Assembly: GCA_945871105.1 (NCBI GenBank)
Contig: CAMBUO010000003.1
Location: 9,747-73,746 of the forward strand
Length of the DNA: 64,000 nt
From: an uncultured Clostridia bacterium
GTDB lineage: Bacteria; Bacillota_I; Bacilli_A; RF39; UBA660
Reading direction: 5' to 3'
Part shown: positions 38,902 through 46,420 of the stretch, one piece after another
Position numbering within the stretch: position 1 is the first letter of the stretch
Layout of the letters: the number at the start of each line of letters is the position of its first letter
The notes under the pieces: model-generated
The model's input: only the letters and a program-made list of their open reading frames with translations
Databases searched by the model: none
What the model was told of the DNA's origin: nothing
Position numbers and translations under genes: made by a program

Positions 38902-40155
38902 TTAATAATTATTCACTTTTATTGCTTGATTAATTATTTTTTTAGTTATCTCATAATGCTTATTTAGTTGTTTTATAACAAGATTATTTATTTCCTCTTT
39001 TATTTCATTTGTAATTTCTTGGTTTAATTCTATACTTATATTCCATGGATTTTGAATGCTATCTCCCATTCTTGAAGTACAATAGACAATATTTTCTAAA
39101 TTGTATTTATCATAAATCATTTTGCTAATTTGATCTCCAAGTGCAGTGAATAGTTTTCCTGTATGATATACAGGATTTTTTCCACAAGATGCTTCCATAC
39201 TAAAATGTCTACTAAAGGGTATTACACCACGAGATCGATTTCCTCTTCCAACAGCTCCTTCGTCTCCACTTTCTACAGCACTACCTATTAGCGTCATATA
39301 CATATCATTATTTTTATAATTATCTCGAGTGTTTAAAAATATTTCAATTGGATTATTCGTAAAGTGGTTTAAAATTATGTTATAAATATCTTTTTTTATT
39401 AAATTTAATTTGTTTATATAGTCATCTATATTTTTAACATATAAAGAGATTAATGGTACACATGCAGTAATTTCGATTTTTTTATCTTTTCGCATTCCCA
39501 TTATTTTAATATCATTTCCAGTCCATGGATATTTGTTTTTATATTCCTTAGAATTTAATGTCATTTCTATTTCTAAAACTGTTTTTTCTAATTCACTCAT
39601 TGGATAGTAACTAACCGTTGTAGAAGTATCATTGCATCGAAAGTGATTATTATGTCTACTAAAATCTGTTTTATTAACTACTTCAAAAAATTTTTTTCTT
39701 TCATTTTTAGTTGTATCTTTATCATTATAAACAACTCCAGGTCCTTCATTATGATGAGTGTTATCAACTATTTCTAAATATTTTTCGATATTAAGTAAAG
39801 GAAACAATTCTTTAAAATAATCTTTTATTGTTTTTGTTATTATTGACATGTAATCAATTTTTTCATTTTTAAAACGATCAGTAAATCTTCCATTAACTAA
39901 AACTTTTATTGGTGCAATCATTTCACCACCACCAAATTTTACTTTGGAACCTCCTCCTATGATAGATAATTTATCTATCATATGTCTTAAAATAACGCCA
40001 TAATGTTTCAAGCAATATTGTGAATATGTTGCAGAAATTTTTTCTGATAATGTGTCACAAATATTATCAGGATGTCCTTTTCCTTTTGTTTCAACTACTT
40101 CAAATAAAGTATCATCAATATTAATTTTTTTGTTTACATAAATAAAAGTCTCCAT
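38902..40155 (-). CDS. Archaeal-type methionine adenosyltransferase (SAM synthetase, PF01941-like)
   Basis: It resembles the Methanocaldococcus MAT along its full length by eye: ETKGKGHPDNICD, KFGGGEMIAPIKVLVNGR, CNDTS, GNDIKIMGMRKDKKIEIT, GDEGAVGRGNRSRG and SMEASCGKNPVYHTGK. GGAGG RBS. Confidence 0.8.
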   Translation of the reverse strand: METFIYVNKKINIDDTLFEVVETKGKGHPDNICDTLSEKISATYSQYCLKHYGVILRHMIDKLSIIGGGSKVKFGGGEMIAPIKVLVNGRFTDRFKNEKIDYMSIITKTIKDYFKELFPLLNIEKYLEIVDNTHHNEGPGVVYNDKDTTKNERKKFFEVVNKTDFSRHNNHFRCNDTSTTVSYYPMSELEKTVLEIEMTLNSKEYKNKYPWTGNDIKIMGMRKDKKIEITACVPLISLYVKNIDDYINKLNLIKKDIYNIILNHFTNNPIEIFLNTRDNYKNNDMYMTLIGSAVESGDEGAVGRGNRSRGVIPFSRHFSMEASCGKNPVYHTGKLFTALGDQISKMIYDKYNLENIVYCTSRMGDSIQNPWNISIELNQEITNEIKEEINNLVIKQLNKHYEITKKIINQAIKVNNY

Positions 40156-40350
40156 ATTTTTTCCTCCAAATATACTATTATTATATAATATGTATTAAAA
40201 AAAGTCTATGGCAATCGCTTAAAGATAGTGTAGAAAAGTTTCAGAAAATAAAAAAATGAAATAAGTGTTCTAATCCAAAAAGTACTTAACTCAATAATAC
40301 TTAAACTTAATTTAAATTGACACAACTTTATTCTTTTAAAATATACAATA

Positions 40351-40376
40351 AAAAAAACGCTATTTTGCGTCTTTTT
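40351..40376 (-). terminator. Weak hairpin terminator after the four-gene orphan operon
   Basis: On the minus strand the sequence is aaaagacgc aaaata gcgtttttt. It has a short GC core with one G-U pair, and the U-tract is shared with the stem. Confidence 0.35.
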
Positions 40377-40486
40377 AGCATGTAATTAAAAAGTAGAAAA
40401 ATTTTTATTTTGGATATAAAATAATTTTTTTCAATTTTAATTCATAATTTTTAGTAAAATTTATTCTATTTTACTGATAATTTAAA

Positions 40487-40723
40487 TTATATCTCATCTA
40501 AATTATCTATAATTAACTTAACTTCATCTAAATTTTTAAAAAATAAATCAGTTTTATTAATCAATAAATCTTTTATATCTAACTTTTTACTCTTTAAATA
40601 ATTAATAATTTCTAAACATTCATCTTGATTACAATTAAGATTAAATGCTTCTGAACCTTTAATATTTTCTTTAACTATTTTTAAATCTTCTTCATCTAAA
40701 TAATCTTTTAAAAAATCTAACAT
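40487..40723 (-). CDS. Hypothetical 78-aa helical protein (single helical-repeat unit resembling those in the upstream 579-aa protein)
   Basis: It starts 9 nt after the upstream stop. The segment ECLEIINYLKSKKLDIKDLLINKTDLFFKNLDEVKLIIDNL echoes repeats in the neighbouring gene. Confidence 0.5.
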   Translation of the reverse strand: MLDFLKDYLDEEDLKIVKENIKGSEAFNLNCNQDECLEIINYLKSKKLDIKDLLINKTDLFFKNLDEVKLIIDNLDEI

Positions 40724-40732
40724 TTAATCACC

Positions 40733-42472
40733 TTACATTCTTTTAATATTTTGAAATATATTTTCAACAACAGTTTCTATTTTTTCATATTCTTCTTTAG
40801 TTAAAAAACTATTTTTTGTAATTGCATACATAAGCATATCTTTACTTTCATTCATACCATTATAAATTAAAGTAGTCATATATCTTAAAACTTTATATCT
40901 TGAAATTAATACACCATCTATATTATAAGCTCTTACTTGTTTTGAACTATATTCTTTATCTAAAATTTTGATTGAATTTAGTTGATTGATAAAATCAAAA
41001 GCAATTGTATTATTATCACTTTTTTTAACTATTTCATCGAATATTTGTTCTAATTCCGAAGGTTCTTTATGATAAACATTAAGTTCTTGATAATTATCTT
41101 TATTAACATCTGAATATGTTTTATCATCATAAGTTATAGTACTAGGTAATTGAATCCCTTTTTTAGTATCTTTATAAAGAGAAGAAATATCAATACCATT
41201 TTCTCTTGCTTTAAACAATTTATAAAACATTAAAGAATTCTTTTTTATACAAGCCCTTGACATATTACTAGTAACATAATCAAAAGCATTAAATTCGATA
41301 AAAATATCCAAGATATCTAATTGATTATGATTAGCAAAGGCACTTAAAGTATCACGATAATATTTAGGAGTAATACCATATAAATCAAAGTTTTTTAAAC
41401 TCTTTTTAATTGAATCATGAGGTTTTTCAAAATAAAAGGCACTTTTTTGATAAGCTTTTTCAATATCAACGCCAATCGAACTAAATAATTCTAAATTCTT
41501 TTTAAAATCTTCATAACCACCTATATTTTCATCATCTTTATTATTCGTTGTTTTTTTATCATCAGTATTTCTCATTAACCATTTTCTTTTTCGAGGAATA
41601 AATTTAGCTGGTCTTTTAAAGAAATCATCAAGAAATTCAGAAATATTTAGATTATATTTTTGATAAGTTTTAATGACACTTTCAACTATTTCAGGTTTAG
41701 AATAGATAAATATTCTACTAATAGCTAATTGATAGTTATTAAATATTTCGGTAGAAAATAAATTATATTGTTTTAAAGTTAAAATAATTTGTTCAATATT
41801 TTCTAAATTACCATAAGTTTCTAATTCGGACTTAGCCGTACTTTTAATATCTTGATAATTAATTCCATATTTTTGAAATAATTTTTCTAAATCTTCTTTA
41901 GTAATATTAGTTTTATTAAGAACTTCAATTTCCTCATCTTTATTAGTTATTAATTTCTGTAAAGTTTTTAAAGCTAGATATTTCATTATTTCGATGCCTT
42001 CTCTTAAATGATTATCTTCAATTATAATATTTTTTAATAATTCCATATCTTTATCATCTAAATTATAAGTTTCTACTTTTTTAATTAATATTTCTAAATT
42101 TTTAATTTGTTTTTCTATAACTAAACTTTCTTCTTTATTTAAATTATTTTGTATTTCTTGGTTATAATTTATTTCTTTATCAAAAAGACTATTAAGTTTT
42201 TCTAAATCACTTTCTTGTAAACTATATCCTTGTTTAAGAACAATTTGATAAAAATTTAATAATTCTAAAGATAAATTATCAAGATTTTTAAAAGTATTTT
42301 TGATATTTAAATCTTTAAGTTTTAATATATCAGCTTTAATATCTAATAGAGTATTTATAATATCTTGTTGTTTATCATATTGTTTTTGATAATTTTTTTG
42401 AATATTTTCTTGTTCTTTTTTTAAATTTTTAATATTTTTAGTAAGTATATCCTTAATCATTTTATCGTACAT
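40733..42472 (-). CDS. Hypothetical 579-aa protein: N-terminal coiled coil + helical repeats (mTERF-like pattern)
   Basis: The GGAGG RBS overlaps the stop of the upstream gene. Recurrent units include LFQKYGINYQDIK, LKQYNLFSTEIF, YQKYNLNISEFL, LFSSIGVDIEKAY and LKNFDLYGITPKYY. No catalytic motif was recognised. Confidence 0.6.
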   Translation of the reverse strand: MYDKMIKDILTKNIKNLKKEQENIQKNYQKQYDKQQDIINTLLDIKADILKLKDLNIKNTFKNLDNLSLELLNFYQIVLKQGYSLQESDLEKLNSLFDKEINYNQEIQNNLNKEESLVIEKQIKNLEILIKKVETYNLDDKDMELLKNIIIEDNHLREGIEIMKYLALKTLQKLITNKDEEIEVLNKTNITKEDLEKLFQKYGINYQDIKSTAKSELETYGNLENIEQIILTLKQYNLFSTEIFNNYQLAISRIFIYSKPEIVESVIKTYQKYNLNISEFLDDFFKRPAKFIPRKRKWLMRNTDDKKTTNNKDDENIGGYEDFKKNLELFSSIGVDIEKAYQKSAFYFEKPHDSIKKSLKNFDLYGITPKYYRDTLSAFANHNQLDILDIFIEFNAFDYVTSNMSRACIKKNSLMFYKLFKARENGIDISSLYKDTKKGIQLPSTITYDDKTYSDVNKDNYQELNVYHKEPSELEQIFDEIVKKSDNNTIAFDFINQLNSIKILDKEYSSKQVRAYNIDGVLISRYKVLRYMTTLIYNGMNESKDMLMYAITKNSFLTKEEYEKIETVVENIFQNIKRM

Positions 42473-42486
42473 AATTATTACCTCCA

Positions 42487-44193
42487 TTAAATATCTTTTT
42501 CTTTTTCTTTAGTTAGTTGATAACATTTTTCCATACTTTCATTGATAATATCTTGTAATACTTTTTTATCAGTTTTTGGATCTTGAAATAAAGCTTTTAT
42601 TTTTTGAATATATGATTTAGTTTGATATAATCCAGCATTTAAATTATCATATTCATTATGGGATGCATCAGTCCAAGTAACAGAGAAAAATAATACTATC
42701 CGACCATTTCCATTATTAACAAAGTGTTGATTATGATATAACTCAGCTATTTTTTGCATATTTTCTTCACAAGTAGGAATAATTAAATAGCCAGTTCTTC
42801 CATAATTAGTATTACGAATTCTATATGGTGAAAGTTCTTTATCATATAATTTGGTTTTTATATTTTTATAAAGTTTATCTGTATTAGAATGTATTCTTAT
42901 GTTATCAGCATAACCTTGTTTAGTAAATAAATTAATAGCTTCTCGTAACTCATTTTGTTTAATTAATTGTTTATCAGTATCATCAGAGATTAAATCTTGA
43001 TCAATATAAAAATCTTCTTGCTCTAATTCTTTACTAAATAATATTATGTTGGTGCTGTTAGCAATAAAATCTTCAAAATCTTGGTTATTAGGTTCTAATA
43101 TTTCTATTTCTTGATTTCTAGTTTCATTATAAATTAAAACTTTCTTTTGATATTCTTCAAGTTTATTTTGAAGTTCACTTATTAAATCATCAATTATTTC
43201 AGCATCAGCTTCAAATTCTAAATAATATTCTAAATCTTTTAAACAAGGAATAATAATACTTAAAGTTTTAATTTCTTCCATATTTAAATGAGGATTAGCT
43301 TGTTCAATACTTAAAAAATCACCGTTCATTAAATAATGTTTAATCCCATCATTAAAACTATTATAAATATTTAAAATAGTTTGATGTTCTCTTAAAATTG
43401 TTATAGCTTTATCTTGTAAAGTTTTTAAAATCTCTAATTTTTTTGAATAATTATCTTTTTCTTCTTGTTCTTTAGCATTTCTTGATTCTATCAATATTTC
43501 TAAAGTTTCATCTTCTTCTGTGCTTATACTATCTAATTCTTTTATTACAATTTGTTCATTACTTTCTGTTTGACTTATTAAATCATGAATATTTTCTCTT
43601 GTAATAGGACTTTCTTCTTCAACTTTATGATTTTTAATACTATGATAACCTTTTTGACTAATCAAAGTAACTAATTCTAGTTTTTCAACTAAAGTAGCAT
43701 CTAAAAGTTCAATTAAATCCATGAATTCTGTTATTTCAGTTAAATTTAGTGAAAATTCATTTTCTAAATTATCTAAATAATTTTTTAATTTAGTATATTT
43801 AGTAATAATATCTTCTAATTCTTTAATTTGCTTATTTAATAATTCTTGTTTTTCCTTTTGCTTTGTTTTAATTTTTAATTTAAAATTATCTAATTTATCT
43901 AAAATAACTTTTTTAATACCAGTTTCTTCTATATTAGGATTACTTAAAAACGGAGCTAATTCTTTAATTGAATTAAGAAAACTTAAATCAGTTTCTACTT
44001 CTTTTTCTGCTTCTATTAATAACAAATTATCTTTATAATTATCAATATTTATATTTAATAAATCTGTATCTAAAGAATTTAAAAAATTATCAAGTTCATT
44101 TACTTTTAATAACACATTTTTTAATTTTAATAAATTAACTTTTTCATCAAGTATTTTTTTAACTTGATTAATATAATTACTTAAATTTATCAT
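42487..44193 (-). CDS. Hypothetical 568-aa protein: long coiled coil, acidic middle, distinct C-terminal alpha/beta domain
   Basis: The start ATG (MINLSNY) follows AAAGGTAAG and overlaps the upstream gene by 17 nt. The C-terminal domain contains PYRIRNTNYGRTGYLIIP...GRIVLFFSV. There is no Walker A. Confidence 0.6.
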   Translation of the reverse strand: MINLSNYINQVKKILDEKVNLLKLKNVLLKVNELDNFLNSLDTDLLNINIDNYKDNLLLIEAEKEVETDLSFLNSIKELAPFLSNPNIEETGIKKVILDKLDNFKLKIKTKQKEKQELLNKQIKELEDIITKYTKLKNYLDNLENEFSLNLTEITEFMDLIELLDATLVEKLELVTLISQKGYHSIKNHKVEEESPITRENIHDLISQTESNEQIVIKELDSISTEEDETLEILIESRNAKEQEEKDNYSKKLEILKTLQDKAITILREHQTILNIYNSFNDGIKHYLMNGDFLSIEQANPHLNMEEIKTLSIIIPCLKDLEYYLEFEADAEIIDDLISELQNKLEEYQKKVLIYNETRNQEIEILEPNNQDFEDFIANSTNIILFSKELEQEDFYIDQDLISDDTDKQLIKQNELREAINLFTKQGYADNIRIHSNTDKLYKNIKTKLYDKELSPYRIRNTNYGRTGYLIIPTCEENMQKIAELYHNQHFVNNGNGRIVLFFSVTWTDASHNEYDNLNAGLYQTKSYIQKIKALFQDPKTDKKVLQDIINESMEKCYQLTKEKEKDI

Positions 44194-44731
44194 TTTTCTT
44201 ACCTTTCTTTTTAATACCAATATTAATATTTTTATTAATAGGTATATAGTCTATTTTTTCATTATATGTTAGGGATAAATTACGATATTTTTCAATAAAG
44301 AAAAGATAAGCAGTATATAAAAAAGTTATATTCATATCAAGAATTAATTGAATTGTTATAATAATTTTTTTTACATATAAAATAGATTCAGGGTTATTAA
44401 GAAAATTTTTATCATTAATGAGATTATATATTTGTATTATGTAATTATAAGCTAATGCTTTTTTAGAACTAGAACAATTTTGATATTTTTCTTTTATTTT
44501 TATTATTTCTAATTTTATACGATCAAATTCTGTTAATACTTGATTATTAGTTGTATATATTTTATCTTCTAAAGCATTTATTTTCTTTTGATTATTGATT
44601 ATATCTCCTTTAGTATAGTCATATAATTTTTTATAGTTTTTATAAAGCTTTATTAAATAGTTTACTTCACTAGAAGGGATATTAGTTTTCGTTATATATT
44701 TAAGAAAATCTTTATTATTAAATTCATCCAT
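44177..44731 (-). CDS. Hypothetical 184-aa protein (first gene of the orphan operon)
   Basis: GGAGGA RBS. A coiled-coil N-terminal half is followed by one hydrophobic segment (ITFLYTAYLFFI) and a basic tail. Confidence 0.55.
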   Translation of the reverse strand: MDEFNNKDFLKYITKTNIPSSEVNYLIKLYKNYKKLYDYTKGDIINNQKKINALEDKIYTTNNQVLTEFDRIKLEIIKIKEKYQNCSSSKKALAYNYIIQIYNLINDKNFLNNPESILYVKKIIITIQLILDMNITFLYTAYLFFIEKYRNLSLTYNEKIDYIPINKNINIGIKKKGKKNDKFK

Positions 44732-44750
44732 AGCGTCCTCCTATATTAAA

Positions 44751-44759
44751 AATTATAAC
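44751..44759 (-). promoter_or_regulatory. Extended -10 element (TGtTATAAT) upstream of the orphan operon
   Basis: On the minus strand the sequence is tatatGtTATAAT, about 20 nt upstream of the GGAGGA RBS. No good -35 element was found. Confidence 0.35.
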
Positions 44760-44832
44760 ATATAAGTGAAAAAATTAATATACAAAGATGAAAAATTATG
44801 ATATATTTATTTTGATTGTAAGGAGTGAATTT

Positions 44833-45414
44833 ATGAAAAAAGTTATTAAAAATAATGCAAGTATTATGTCTTTAATATTGGCTATTATATTTTTAATTAT
44901 TGGGGCAGTTATGTTTACAAGACCAGAGTTTATTGTTTTAGTATTTTCTTATGTTATGGGAGGAATTATTATTCTTTTTGGGGTTTATAATTGTATTAAA
45001 AATTATGTCGAAGTTAAAAAAGATAATAATACTTCATCTAAAGATATGATAATTGGAATTACATCTATTGTAATAGGTTTAATTTTTATTTTCTTAGCTA
45101 ATGTTATAGAAGCTGTGATAAGACTTGTAATAGGGGGATATATATTATTTATTGGTCTTAATCGTTTTATAAATGCTTTATATATTAAAAAGAAAGATAG
45201 TCGTTTTATTGCTTTATTAATTATTTCTTTAATATTAATGGGTGGCGGATTATATACTATTTTAGAAGCTAATTTAGCTTTTCAAACCATGGGAATTGTT
45301 ATTATGATTTATGCTATTTTAGAAATAATTGGTTATATATTTAATATATCTATTATTAAAAAAAATGATGTTGAAGTAAAAGATGCTATTTTAATAGAAG
45401 AAAAGAAAGATTAA
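44833..45414 (+). CDS. DUF308/HdeD-like membrane protein
   Basis: Six hydrophobic helices in repeated pairs. AGGAG RBS; the ORF-track start is 44788. Confidence 0.6.
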   Translation: MKKVIKNNASIMSLILAIIFLIIGAVMFTRPEFIVLVFSYVMGGIIILFGVYNCIKNYVEVKKDNNTSSKDMIIGITSIVIGLIFIFLANVIEAVIRLVIGGYILFIGLNRFINALYIKKKDSRFIALLIISLILMGGGLYTILEANLAFQTMGIVIMIYAILEIIGYIFNISIIKKNDVEVKDAILIEEKKD

Positions 45415-45480
45415 AATTTCATCAAAAAAACATATTTTTTTACTATTTTTGTGATATACTTATTAAGTAGGAGAAAGAGA

Positions 45481-46410
45481 ATGAAAAAGGAGTTTAAGAC
45501 CTTAAATGAACAGATAGAGATTTTACAAAACAAGGGGTTAGTGATAGAAAATCTAGAATATGCAAAAGAAGTTTTATTTAGAGAAAACTATTTCTTTTTA
45601 AATGGTTATCGCCATTTATTTATGAAAAGTAATGTTGATAGAACTTATATTGATGGTACTACTTTTGAAGAATTATATAGTTTATTTTTATTTGATCGAA
45701 CATTTCGAAATATAATATTTAAAAATATTTTAGTGATTGAAAATAATATTAAATCAATTATTAGTTATCAATTGTCTTTAAAATATGGTTATAAAGAAAA
45801 AGATTATTTAACACCTAAGAATTTTACTAGTAATAAAGAAAAATCAAAACAAGTAAATGATATTTTAAAGAAAATGAAAAGACAAATAAGTGTTAATGCA
45901 ACTCAACATTCAGCGACGATGCATTATGTTACTAATTATGGTTTTATTCCTTTATGGGTATTAGTTAAAGTATTATCATTTGGTATAGTAGGAGAGTTAT
46001 ATTCTATTTTAAAAAAAGAAGATCAGATGGATATAGCTGATGTTTATCAATTAGATGTTGATGTTCTTTGTAATTATTTAACTATTTTATCAAATTATCG
46101 TAATTTATGTGCCCATGAAGATATTGTTTTTGAAAATAAAACGCAAAGAAAGATAAATGATACGAAATATCATAAACAGTTACAAATACCAATTATGGAT
46201 GATGATTATATTTATGGAAAAAATGATTTATTTGCTTTAATAATTATTATGAAACAAATGTTATCAAAAGAAGAATTTAGTAATTTGATCGAAGAGATAA
46301 AACATAATTTAACTAATTTAGATATGAATTTAAAACATATTAAAATTGATAAAGTATTAGATAGAATGGGATTTCCATTAAATTTTAGTGAAATTAAAGA
46401 TTTAGATTGA
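45481..46410 (+). CDS. Abi-like protein (AbiD/AbiF, Abi_2 family; HEPN RX4H motif)
   Basis: The N-terminal region LNEQIEILQNKGLVIEN...AKEVLFRENYFFLNGY is typical of Abi_2. YRNLCAHED contains R-x4-H. AGGAGAAAGAG RBS. Confidence 0.75.
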   Translation: MKKEFKTLNEQIEILQNKGLVIENLEYAKEVLFRENYFFLNGYRHLFMKSNVDRTYIDGTTFEELYSLFLFDRTFRNIIFKNILVIENNIKSIISYQLSLKYGYKEKDYLTPKNFTSNKEKSKQVNDILKKMKRQISVNATQHSATMHYVTNYGFIPLWVLVKVLSFGIVGELYSILKKEDQMDIADVYQLDVDVLCNYLTILSNYRNLCAHEDIVFENKTQRKINDTKYHKQLQIPIMDDDYIYGKNDLFALIIIMKQMLSKEEFSNLIEEIKHNLTNLDMNLKHIKIDKVLDRMGFPLNFSEIKDLD

Positions 46411-46420
46411 GGTGATTTAG

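Noticed and set aside
40156-40350. A possible riboswitch or leader structure upstream of the archaeal-type MAT operon.
   Set aside because: I could not find conserved S-box, SAM-II/III or other riboswitch cores, or a convincing terminator/antiterminator pair. It is left as an unassigned 5' region pending a covariance-model scan.
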